Below, piece by piece: positions 35,315 to 43,378 of a stretch of 64,000 nucleotides of DNA. The translations under genes and the position numbers were made by a program. The notes below the pieces were generated by a model, which had not been told where the DNA came from, did not search any database, and saw only the letters and a program-made list of their open reading frames with translations. Every line of letters begins with the position of its first letter. The stretch's first letter is position 1. Source of the DNA: Candidatus Gallimonas merdigallinarum (GTDB lineage Bacteria > Bacillota > Clostridia > Christensenellales > Borkfalkiaceae); assembly GCA_944346365.1 (NCBI GenBank), contig CALVMN010000004.1, positions 3,135-67,134 on the forward strand. Direction: 5' to 3'.

Positions 35315-36715
35315 ATGTCCGAAAAAAAGAGCAAGGGGCAGGCGCTTTACGACGAGCTTGCCTACGAAAAGAAAAACTATTTTGAAGTCGCTTCCAAATC
35401 GGAGCGCAAGAAGATGTTCGCCTATGCCGAGGGCTACAAGGCGTTCCTCGACGACGCCAAGACGGAGCGCGAGGCTTGCGCCGCAGCCGTGAAGATGGCG
35501 GAAGAGAACGGATTCACCGAATATCATTTCGGCGACGCGCTTGCGGCGGGGGATAAGAAGTATTTCGTCAACCGCGGCAAATCCGTCGTCGTGTTCCGCG
35601 TGGGCAGCAAGGACCTTGAAAAGCACGGTATGCGCATTATCGCGTCGCATATCGACGCGCCCCGCATCGACGTCAAGCAGAATCCGCTCTATGAAGAGGC
35701 GGGAATGTGCTTTCTGAAAACGCATTACTACGGCGGCATCAAAAAATATCAGTGGACGGCGATCCCGCTCGCCCTGCACGGCGTCGTCGTGTTGAAGGAC
35801 GGCACGAAGGTGGAACTCAGGGTCGGCGAAGATCCCAAAGATCCCGTGTTCTATATCGACGATCTTCTGCCTCATCTCGGGCACGAGCAGATGGCGGGCA
35901 ACGCAGGCAAGATCATCGAGGGCGAGCAGCTCAATGTGGTCGTCGGCGGAATGCCTTATCCCGATGAGGAAGTGGGCAAGAAGATCAAGCTCACCGTTCT
36001 CAAATATCTCAACGAGAAATACGGAATGTGCGAGGAGGATTTCCTCTCCGCAGAGCTTTCCGCAGTCCCCGCCTATTCCGCCCGCGACGTGGGCTTTGAC
36101 CGCGCGCTGATCGGCGCATACGGGCATGACGACCGCGTCTGCGCGTATCCCGCGCTCACGGCTGTCCTCAACGGCGAGACGGAGCACACGGTGCTTGCCA
36201 TGCTCGTCGATAAAGAGGAGATCGGCAGCGAGGGTACGACGGGGATGCAGTGCAAGATCTACGAGGACCTGATGGAGGAGATCTGCATTGCGATGGGCGC
36301 GTCCTTCCGCAAGGTGCGCTTCGCGTCCAAGTGCCTCTCGTCGGACGTCACCGCGGCGTACGATCCCAACTTCGCAAGCGTGTACGAGCGCATGAATTCG
36401 GCAATGCTCTCCTGCGGAACGTGCATGAGCAAATTCACGGGCGCGCGCGGCAAGAGCGGCTCCAACGACGCGAACGCCGAGTTCGTGGGCGAAGTGAGAA
36501 AGATGTTCGAGAAAGAGGGCGTCGTCTGGCAGACGGCGGAGCTTGGAAAAGTGGATATCGGCGGCGGCGGCACGGTCGCAAAGTATCTTGCGAACCTGAA
36601 TATCGATACCGTCGATCTGGGCGTTCCCGTCATTTCCATGCACGCCCCTTGGGAACTCATTTCCAAAGCCGACCTGTACAGCAATTACATGGCGTTCCTT
36701 GCGTTCATGAAATAA
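35315..36715 (+). CDS. M18-family aminopeptidase
   Basis: MSEKKSKGQALYDELAYEKK... with IASHIDAPRIDVK, HDDRVCAY, DKEEIGSEG and ISMHAPWE, characteristic of M18 aminopeptidase 1. AAAGGAG SD. Confidence 0.85.
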   Translation: MSEKKSKGQALYDELAYEKKNYFEVASKSERKKMFAYAEGYKAFLDDAKTEREACAAAVKMAEENGFTEYHFGDALAAGDKKYFVNRGKSVVVFRVGSKDLEKHGMRIIASHIDAPRIDVKQNPLYEEAGMCFLKTHYYGGIKKYQWTAIPLALHGVVVLKDGTKVELRVGEDPKDPVFYIDDLLPHLGHEQMAGNAGKIIEGEQLNVVVGGMPYPDEEVGKKIKLTVLKYLNEKYGMCEEDFLSAELSAVPAYSARDVGFDRALIGAYGHDDRVCAYPALTAVLNGETEHTVLAMLVDKEEIGSEGTTGMQCKIYEDLMEEICIAMGASFRKVRFASKCLSSDVTAAYDPNFASVYERMNSAMLSCGTCMSKFTGARGKSGSNDANAEFVGEVRKMFEKEGVVWQTAELGKVDIGGGGTVAKYLANLNIDTVDLGVPVISMHAPWELISKADLYSNYMAFLAFMK

Positions 36716-36739
36716 GCAATCCCCAATTATCGGAATATA

Positions 36740-36776
36740 AACCCGCGGGAGCTGTTTTCACAGCTCCCGCGGGTTG
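36740..36776 (+). terminator. Rho-independent terminator-like hairpin
   Basis: AACCCGCGGGAGCTG-TTTTCA-CAGCTCCCGCGGGTT, a 15-bp stem with a weak U-tail. Confidence 0.65.
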
Positions 36777-36898
36777 TATGGGGTAATTCATACAGGAAAT
36801 CAACAGACTTAGCCTATGTGAGTGCAATTTCGTAATCGTCCTATGAGTAGTGGCGCACGAGTATAACAGAAGTAACGCAGGATCTGCCTGCGTGAGAT

Positions 36899-36935
36899 GA
36901 CGCGGTCAGGCGGTTGCCTGACCGCGTCTCTTTTG
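36899..36935 (+). terminator. Orphan Rho-independent terminator (no upstream CDS)
   Basis: GACGCGGTCAGGC-GGTT-GCCTGACCGCGTC followed by TCTTTTGCG. Confidence 0.7.
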
Positions 36936-36958
36936 CGTACAATAGTTGAACGGCATTG

Positions 36959-37168
36959 TCAGTAGTCTGCTCTGCCGATAAGTTCATCGATTGTAATGCA
37001 AAACAGATCTGCAATTTTCCATAAGTTCTCCAAATCAGGCTCCACTTTTCCGCTTTCCCAATACGAAACTTTTCGTTGCGTGGTTTGCAGTTTATCGGCG
37101 AGTTCCTGCTGTGTTATGCTTGCGTTTTCGCGTAAAGCCCGTAAATTCGTTGAAAATAGAATTTTCAT
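36959..37168 (-). CDS. XRE-family HTH transcriptional regulator
   Basis: MKILFSTNLRALRENASITQQELADKLQTTQRKVSYWESGKVEPDLENLWKIADLF... The ATG lies 6 nt after a TATAAT (37180-37175), so it looks leaderless. Confidence 0.85.
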   Translation of the reverse strand: MKILFSTNLRALRENASITQQELADKLQTTQRKVSYWESGKVEPDLENLWKIADLFCITIDELIGRADY

Positions 37169-37178
37169 AAAAAAATTA

Positions 37179-37224
37179 TAGACAAAATAAGTCTAAATCA
37201 GTTGACATAGACACTTTTTGTCTG
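37179..37224. promoter_or_regulatory. Two TAGAC-N7-GTCTR operators
   Basis: Site 1 is TAGACAAAATAAGTCTA (37179-37195). Site 2 is TAGACACTTTTTGTCTG (37208-37224), which fills the spacer of the divergent promoter exactly. Confidence 0.6.
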
Positions 37225-37230
37225 TATAAT
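37202..37230 (+). promoter_or_regulatory. Consensus promoter of the zinc-finger membrane protein gene
   Basis: TTGACA (37202-07), 17 nt, TATAAT (37225-30). Confidence 0.6.
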
Positions 37231-37265
37231 ATTATGAAAATAAGACTTACAGGAGGAAAAGAGTC

Positions 37266-37853
37266 ATGAATTGTTCCAGACACCCCGGTCGAGCGGCAGT
37301 GGGGCAATGTGTCGAATGCGGCGCATATGTGTGCGCAGAATGCGCGGAGGCAACAAAGTCCCTTCAACAAGCAGAGGGAACGCTATGCGTTGACTGCTAT
37401 CGGCGCAACTTGAACGGTGCAAGCGAGTTTTGCAGGAGAAGTATAAAGAAACGGGTCGGCAAGATCATAATCAGCATCATTTTTTACATTGCAGGCATCA
37501 TCATGCTCGCAATTGGAGCTGCCGCAGGCGTATCGGATGCTTTTACGAAGGTCGTTTTGATACTTGGTGGTATGATCTTGTGTGGATTTTTCACGGCAAT
37601 CGGCAATTGGCGTGCAGAGCGAGAAGCGCATGAAGCGCATGAACGGAAGTACGGCGCTACTTATACGATTACAGAGAGCGGCGTCTACCGCGATACGAAT
37701 TTGGGCGGAAAGATCGTCATGTTTCTTTTGGGAGCAGTGCTCGGCGTCGTGATTACGCCGATCAGCGTGATAAAGGATATTGCGGGAATACGAACAGATC
37801 GGAAAAATGTGACGATGTTTGAGGACGAAATTGCACGGGTTGCAAAAATCTGA
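37266..37853 (+). CDS. B-box-type zinc-finger membrane protein (function unknown)
   Basis: N-terminus CSRHPGRAAVGQCVECGAYVCAECAE...CVDC, then three hydrophobic segments. AGGAGGA SD. AT-rich. Confidence 0.65.
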   Translation: MNCSRHPGRAAVGQCVECGAYVCAECAEATKSLQQAEGTLCVDCYRRNLNGASEFCRRSIKKRVGKIIISIIFYIAGIIMLAIGAAAGVSDAFTKVVLILGGMILCGFFTAIGNWRAEREAHEAHERKYGATYTITESGVYRDTNLGGKIVMFLLGAVLGVVITPISVIKDIAGIRTDRKNVTMFEDEIARVAKI

Positions 37854-37910
37854 AAACTTAATCTGTAAGAGAATAGCCTGATTTTTGGCGTTCTGTTGCT
37901 GCATAAGATG

Positions 37911-37945
37911 AAAAAAATCCGCTGAATCAACAGCGGATTTTTTAA
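37911..37945 (+). terminator. Rho-independent terminator
   Basis: AAAAAAATCCGCTG-AATCAA-CAGCGGATTTTTT. The arms are identical to the rplQ terminator arms. Confidence 0.85.
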
Positions 37946-37951
37946 TGGCAT

Positions 37952-38225
37952 AAAAAAACTGTGAGGGCTTTTTTTGTTGCAGTCTACCGAAGCGGAAGCG
38001 CGGCAGGTGACTCCCGCAAAGCTACCTTATGGCACACGCACCTGTCTGTTTAGTGCTGCTGTATCCCTACCCTGACACGGTTCGCAGGGGTACGTTGCAT
38101 AAGACCTTGCGATCAACATTCCTTACCGCGTGCAGCCTTCCATAGACGGCACCGAGAAAAGCGTTCGGTTCTGCTATAGCGGATTGCAGATACAGGGCAC
38201 CGCTAACTCCCCACCTATCACAGCC
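37952..38225 (-). ncRNA. ffs: Signal recognition particle RNA, large Bacillus type (ends approximate)
   Basis: The reverse complement reads GGGGAGTTAGCGGTGCCCTGTATCTGCAATCCGCTATAGCAG..., which is like the Alu-domain 5' region of B. subtilis scRNA (from memory). It also reads GTGTCAGGGTAGGGATACAGCAGC...CAGACAGGTGCGTGTGCC, matching the universal helix-8 S-domain GUCAGG..GNRA..AGCAGC...GUGUGCC. Confidence 0.88.
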
Positions 38226-38230
38226 AATCA

Positions 38231-38259
38231 AGCATAACACAATCAAAGGAAAAAAGCAA
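38231..38259 (-). promoter_or_regulatory. Candidate promoter of the SRP RNA
   Basis: Minus strand: TTGCTT (38259-54), 17 nt, TATGCT (38236-31). A G start lies about 7 nt downstream. Confidence 0.4.
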
Positions 38260-38294
38260 GCAAAAAAGGGCGGCGCAGAGAAAAGTTCACCGCC

Positions 38295-38669
38295 TTATCG
38301 TATTTCCGTGCCGCCTGAAAGTGCGCTGCCCTTTGCGCGGGCGGCGGGGGAGAGAACGCAGGTCTGCTCCTTCGTTTCTTTTTCCAGCCGCGCGCATTCC
38401 TGTTCCAGCCGCGCAATTTCGCGGCGGCAGCGGGCGCAGACGACGGGAATGGCGCAGATCGCGGCGGCGCCGACGATGAGAAAGGGCGCGCCCCACCATT
38501 TTGCGATTCCCTGCGCATAGACGAATATAAGGAGCGCGGTCAGGAGGCACGCCGCCGTCGTCTTGACGAGCGCGCGCCACGCCGTTCCGTACCGGAACGA
38601 GGCAAGCCGTCTGCGCCACACGGCGAGGCGGCGTTTTGTTTCCGCCGGCATTTTATCGGTCTGCGTCAT
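38295..38669 (-). CDS. Small two-TM membrane protein with a C-terminal coiled-coil-like tail (hypothetical)
   Basis: Start MTQTDKMPAETKRR at 38669 after the GGAGG SD. Hydrophobic segments TTAACLLTALLIFVYA and APFLIVGAAAICAIPVV. Confidence 0.55.
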   Translation of the reverse strand: MTQTDKMPAETKRRLAVWRRRLASFRYGTAWRALVKTTAACLLTALLIFVYAQGIAKWWGAPFLIVGAAAICAIPVVCARCRREIARLEQECARLEKETKEQTCVLSPAARAKGSALSGGTEIR

Positions 38670-38814
38670 GCGCCTGTACCTCCGATAGAGTATTCTTAAC
38701 GCTATTATAATGTGAGGATGTAAAAAAGTTCCCACAAAATTGTCATATAATTGTAAAATTTTTGCAATGTGAAAAAATCGCAGACAAACGGGGCGGAATT
38801 TTGTGCGGAAACTC

Positions 38815-38843
38815 TTGTCAAGTTGCGGAAAAGGTGATATAAT
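38815..38843 (+). promoter_or_regulatory. Promoter of the ABC exporter operon
   Basis: TTGTCA (38815-20), 17 nt, TGa-TATAAT (-10 at 38838-43). Confidence 0.55.
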
Positions 38844-38878
38844 CAAGCGAATTTTGTCGGAGAATTGTCGGAGGGTAT

Positions 38879-40699
38879 ATGGACGTCTTTCGCTTCGGAT
38901 TCCGATACTGGAAAAAGTTCGTCCCGCTGTCGCTGCTTTCCAAGCTGTTCAGCCTCATTGCCATCGTCTGCGATCTGACCATTCCGCTCATTTCGGCGGG
39001 ACTGTTGGACTATATCATCGCGTACGATCCTGCTAACCCGCCCGCCTCGGGAATGTTGGATTTTCTGTTTACGGGGAGTCTCGGCGCGCCGCAGAGCTGG
39101 GAGCTGTTCGGCAATCTTGCGCTCATCTTTGCGGGCGTGCTTTTGACGCGCCTGCTGTTTTTGTACTGCAAGAACATTTCCTATCAGTGGTGCGGACTGC
39201 GCATGGAGTGCGTGCTCCGCGAAGAGACGTACGCCAAACTGCTCGAACTCGACGGAGAGACGATCGCCCGCTATAACATGGGCGAACTGCTGACGACGAT
39301 GAACCGCGATACCATCATCTTCAAAGAGATGTATTCGCGTATCTTTATGAATATTTTCGATTCCGTCGTCTCCATTATTCTCTCAATCGCGCTGCTTGCC
39401 ACGCTCGATACCTATCTGCTCATCATTCCGCTCGCGCTCACGCCCTTTATCGTGGTCGCGCTCATCAGCTACCTGAAAAAGGCGCGCAAACTCTTTGCCG
39501 CCATCCGCGAAGGTTATTCCGCCATCAACCTCGACGTGCAGGAAAACGTGGACGCCGTGCGCATTGTGCGGTCGTTCGCGGCGGAGGAAGAGGAGATCGG
39601 AAAATTCGACGAGTGCAACGAGCACGTGCGTGATCTGAGCTGCCGCGAAGTCCGTCTGAGTGCGAAGTTCAACTCCATCTTCATTGCCTTCCAGCAGGTG
39701 GGGTACGTGGGGACGGTCGTTATTGCGGTGCTCCTTGTGCTGAGCGGGAATATTGCGCTCGGCTCGCTCACGGCTGCCACAACGTACGTCACCAAAATTA
39801 TTTCGTACACGACGCAGATCTCCCGCGCGTTCTTTATGATGCAGAACCAGCTCGTCTCGGGCGGGCGGCTCAAACGCTTCCTCACCGAACAAAGCGCCGT
39901 TCCAGACTGTCCGTCCGCGCTCGTCTGCTCGCCGAAACCGCACATCGAGTTTCACGACGTGAGCTTTACGCTCGGCGAAAAACAGGTTTTAAAGCATATC
40001 TCGCTCGACGTCCCGTACGGCAAGAAAGTGGGGCTGATGGGGGGCACGGGCAGCGGAAAATCCGCAATGCTGAAAATGCTTTCGCGCATCTTCGACGCCA
40101 CCTCGGGCGAAGTGACCGTCGACGGGAAGGATATCAGACAGTACCCGCTCGAACAGGTGCGCGCGGCGTATTCCTATGTGTTTCAGGACGTATTCCTCTT
40201 CTCCAATACGGTGGACGCGAACGTGGCGTTCGCGCATCCCGACTGCATGGAGGACGACGTGTTCCGCGCTACCGAGATCGCGCAGGCATCCCGCTTTATC
40301 GAAAAACTTCCCGAAGGCTACGAGACCATCGTCGGCGAGCGCGGCGTGGGGCTTTCGGGCGGACAGAAACAGCGCATTTCCATTGCGCGCGCCCTCGTAA
40401 AGGGGGCGCCCGTGCTCATTCTGGACGACGCCTCCTCCGCGCTCGATATGGCGACGGAGAAGCGCGTTCTCTCCGCCATCAAGCGGCATTGCCCCGATCA
40501 TACGCTGTTCATCGCGACGCACCGCGTCTCCTCCGTCATGGACTGCGACGAGATCCTGTTCCTGCGCGACGGGGAGATCGTCGAACGCGGCACCGCGCAG
40601 GAACTCATCCGCAAAGACGGCGCGTTCGCCGCGATCTGGAAGCTGCAGACGAGCGACGGTCAGCTCGACGATTCGTCTTACGGGGCGGGGGAGGAATGA
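38879..40699 (+). CDS. ABC exporter half-transporter (TMD-NBD), degenerate Walker B partner
   Basis: 606 aa. Walker A GGTGSGKS, signature LSGGQKQ, Walker B VLILDDASSALD (Asp in place of the catalytic Glu). Confidence 0.9.
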   Translation: MDVFRFGFRYWKKFVPLSLLSKLFSLIAIVCDLTIPLISAGLLDYIIAYDPANPPASGMLDFLFTGSLGAPQSWELFGNLALIFAGVLLTRLLFLYCKNISYQWCGLRMECVLREETYAKLLELDGETIARYNMGELLTTMNRDTIIFKEMYSRIFMNIFDSVVSIILSIALLATLDTYLLIIPLALTPFIVVALISYLKKARKLFAAIREGYSAINLDVQENVDAVRIVRSFAAEEEEIGKFDECNEHVRDLSCREVRLSAKFNSIFIAFQQVGYVGTVVIAVLLVLSGNIALGSLTAATTYVTKIISYTTQISRAFFMMQNQLVSGGRLKRFLTEQSAVPDCPSALVCSPKPHIEFHDVSFTLGEKQVLKHISLDVPYGKKVGLMGGTGSGKSAMLKMLSRIFDATSGEVTVDGKDIRQYPLEQVRAAYSYVFQDVFLFSNTVDANVAFAHPDCMEDDVFRATEIAQASRFIEKLPEGYETIVGERGVGLSGGQKQRISIARALVKGAPVLILDDASSALDMATEKRVLSAIKRHCPDHTLFIATHRVSSVMDCDEILFLRDGEIVERGTAQELIRKDGAFAAIWKLQTSDGQLDDSSYGAGEE

Positions 40700-40700
40700 G

Positions 40701-42476
40701 ATGAAGCGCAATACCTATTACATGGACGAAGTGGTCACGGCGGAGAAAGTGGACGTCAAATACTTCAAACGCCTGCTCTCCCGCATTGTACCCTACAAAA
40801 AACTCTTTCTCCTTTCCTTTCTCCTTCTGGCGTGTTCCTCGCTCGTCTCGCTGCTGCCGCCCTTCCTGATCCGCGCCATCGTCAACGACGTCATTCCAAT
40901 GGAGGACGGCAGAACGCGCGCGCTCACGCTGTATATCGTCGCGCTCGCCGCGCTCGGCGTGCTCACGGCGGCGCTGCCCTATTTCCATCAGCGCATCATG
41001 GGTACGCTCGGGCACAGGATCATCTCCGAAGTGCGGCGGGAAATTTTCGTCAAATTGCAGGAACTTCCCTTTGAGTATTACGATAACCGCCCCGCGGGCA
41101 AGATCTCTATCCGCGTGACGGAGTACGTGAACGAACTTGCCGACTTCTTTACCGACTATCTTCTGAGCCTGATCGTCAATATCCTCAAAATTGTGGCGGC
41201 AACCGTCTTTATGCTGTGCATCAGTCCCATCCTGACGGGCGTCATCTACGCGGCGGCGATCCCGCTCACGGTCTGCGTGTACTTCATCAAGCGCGCCGTG
41301 CGCAGGCTCTTCCGCAAACACCGCGCAAAGAACTCCAACCGCAACGCGTTCATCGTCGAGTCAATCATGGGCGAAAAGGTCATCAAGAGCAACAACCGCT
41401 CGGCGTACAACCGCGGCGTCTACAAGGAATTGCAGGAGGACAGCGCCAAGACGTGGATGCAGATCGTGCGGCGCAACGAGCTGAACGCGCCCGTTTCGGA
41501 ACTCTGCTGGAACGCGGGGATCCTCGGCATTTACGCCGTTGCGCTCGCGCTCATCGGCGGCGGCGCGACGGCAATGGCGGGTACGGTTATCGCGTTCACG
41601 CTGTACACCTCCATCTGTTCGGAGCCGCTCTTGCAGTTCACGGCGATCTTGCAGCAGCTCTCGCAGGTCTCGGCGAACCTCGAACGCATTTACGAGACGG
41701 TGGATACGCCCGTCACCATTCACGACGCGAAGGACGCGATCCCGCTCGAAAACGTGCAGGGGAAGGTGGACTTCAACGACGTGACCTTCGGCTACGAACC
41801 CGGCGTGAACGTGCTCGAACATTTTGATCTGCACGTGCGCCCCGGGGAGAAGATCGCGCTCGTCGGACCGACGGGCGCGGGCAAGACGACGGTCATCAGC
41901 CTTCTGACGCGCTTTTACGACGTGGGAGAGGGGAGCGTGACGGTGGACGGGCACGACGTGCGTTCGCTCACGCTGCACTCCCTGCGCAAGGAGATCGGCG
42001 TGCTCATGCAGGAGCCGTTCATCTTTAAGGGCAGCATTCTCGATAATATCCGCTACGGCACGCCCGAAGCGACGGACGAGGAGTGCATCGCCGCGGCGGA
42101 GGCGATCTACTGCGACCGCGTTGCGGCGCGCTTCCCCGACGGGTATCATGCCCGGCTCGGCGAACGGGGCGAAGGGCTTTCCGCAGGCGAAAAACAGCTT
42201 CTGTCCTTCGCGCGCATCGTCTTGAAGAACCCCCGCATCGTCATTCTGGACGAGGCGACGAGCGCCATCGATTCGGAAACGGAGCTGCTCATTCAGGCGG
42301 CGCTCGACCGCATTCTCGAAGGCATGACGTCGTTCATTGTGGCGCATCGCCTTTCCACCATCCGCAAGGCGGACAGGATTTTGTTCATCGCCGATAAGGG
42401 CATTGCGGAACAGGGCTCGCACGAAGAACTCATGCAGTTGAAGGGGCGCTACTACGCGCTGAATCAGAGAAAATAA
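40701..42476 (+). CDS. ABC exporter half-transporter (TMD-NBD), degenerate signature partner
   Basis: 591 aa. Walker A GPTGAGKTT, non-canonical signature LSAGEKQ, canonical Walker B IVILDEATSAID. Confidence 0.9.
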   Translation: MKRNTYYMDEVVTAEKVDVKYFKRLLSRIVPYKKLFLLSFLLLACSSLVSLLPPFLIRAIVNDVIPMEDGRTRALTLYIVALAALGVLTAALPYFHQRIMGTLGHRIISEVRREIFVKLQELPFEYYDNRPAGKISIRVTEYVNELADFFTDYLLSLIVNILKIVAATVFMLCISPILTGVIYAAAIPLTVCVYFIKRAVRRLFRKHRAKNSNRNAFIVESIMGEKVIKSNNRSAYNRGVYKELQEDSAKTWMQIVRRNELNAPVSELCWNAGILGIYAVALALIGGGATAMAGTVIAFTLYTSICSEPLLQFTAILQQLSQVSANLERIYETVDTPVTIHDAKDAIPLENVQGKVDFNDVTFGYEPGVNVLEHFDLHVRPGEKIALVGPTGAGKTTVISLLTRFYDVGEGSVTVDGHDVRSLTLHSLRKEIGVLMQEPFIFKGSILDNIRYGTPEATDEECIAAAEAIYCDRVAARFPDGYHARLGERGEGLSAGEKQLLSFARIVLKNPRIVILDEATSAIDSETELLIQAALDRILEGMTSFIVAHRLSTIRKADRILFIADKGIAEQGSHEELMQLKGRYYALNQRK

Positions 42477-42491
42477 AAAGGGAGAAGAAAT

Positions 42492-43337
42492 ATGGCAGAT
42501 TGTACGCACGACTGCTCCACTTGCAGCAGCAACTGTTCCTCGCGGGACAAACAGTCCTTTGTAAAGCCGCTCCACGAGGGCGCAAAGGTGAAAAAGGTCA
42601 TCGCCGTCGCGAGCGGCAAAGGCGGCGTCGGAAAATCGCTCGTCACCTCTCTGCTCGCCGTACGGGCGCAGGCGCGCGGAAACCGCGTCGCCGTGCTTGA
42701 CGCGGATATTACGGGACCTTCCATTCCCAAGGCGTTCGGCGTGACGGCGCGCGCCTACGGGGAGGAGGGGACGATCTACCCCGTCCGCACCAAGAGCGGA
42801 ATGCAGATGATGTCGATGAACACCCTTTTGGAGCACGACGACGACCCCGTCGTGTGGCGCGGCACGCTCATTGCGGGCGCGGCGGTGCAGTTCTGGACGG
42901 ACGTTCTGTGGGAGGACGTGGACATCATGTTCATCGATATGCCGCCCGGAACGGGCGACGTGCCGCTCTCCGTGTTCCAGAGCATTCCGCTGAGCGGGAT
43001 CGTCGTCGTCACAACGCCGCAGGACCTCGTGGAGATGATCGTCAAAAAGGCGGTGAATATGGCGAAGATGATGAACGTTCCCGTGCTCGGGCTTGTGGAG
43101 AACATGAGCTACTTCGTTTGCCCCGACTGCGGCAAAAAGCACGAAATTTTCGGCGCGAGCAAAGCGGACGAGCTTGCCAAGGCGTACGGCATTCCCGCCG
43201 TCGCAAAGATGCCGATCGACCCTTCCGTCGCCCGTCTCGCCGACGCGGGGCGCATTGCGGAGGCGGATACCGACGCGCTCGCCGAAGTGTTCTTTGAAAT
43301 CGAACGCTCCCGCGAGATTGCAGATTATAAAAACTGA
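42492..43337 (+). CDS. Mrp/NBP35/ApbC-family P-loop ATPase (Fe-S cluster carrier type)
   Basis: Cys-rich N-terminus CTHDCSTCSSNC, deviant Walker A ASGKGGVGKS, and CPDCGKKHEIFG. Confidence 0.88.
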   Translation: MADCTHDCSTCSSNCSSRDKQSFVKPLHEGAKVKKVIAVASGKGGVGKSLVTSLLAVRAQARGNRVAVLDADITGPSIPKAFGVTARAYGEEGTIYPVRTKSGMQMMSMNTLLEHDDDPVVWRGTLIAGAAVQFWTDVLWEDVDIMFIDMPPGTGDVPLSVFQSIPLSGIVVVTTPQDLVEMIVKKAVNMAKMMNVPVLGLVENMSYFVCPDCGKKHEIFGASKADELAKAYGIPAVAKMPIDPSVARLADAGRIAEADTDALAEVFFEIERSREIADYKN

Positions 43338-43344
43338 ATGTATC

Positions 43345-43378
43345 AAAGAAGGCATCCGTTCGGATGCCTTCTTTTATT
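43345..43378. terminator. Bidirectional Rho-independent terminator
   Basis: AAAGAAGGCATCCG-TT-CGGATGCCTTCTTTTATTT. Confidence 0.85.

Noticed and set aside
30826-43355. Long minus-strand ORFs 30826..32049, 33227..34420, 35102..36643 and 41361..43355
   Set aside because: Each is antisense to a confidently identified gene: rpoA/rplQ, the ABC permease, the M18 aminopeptidase, and the ABC exporter/Mrp genes. All show Arg/His/Asp-rich shadow-frame composition.
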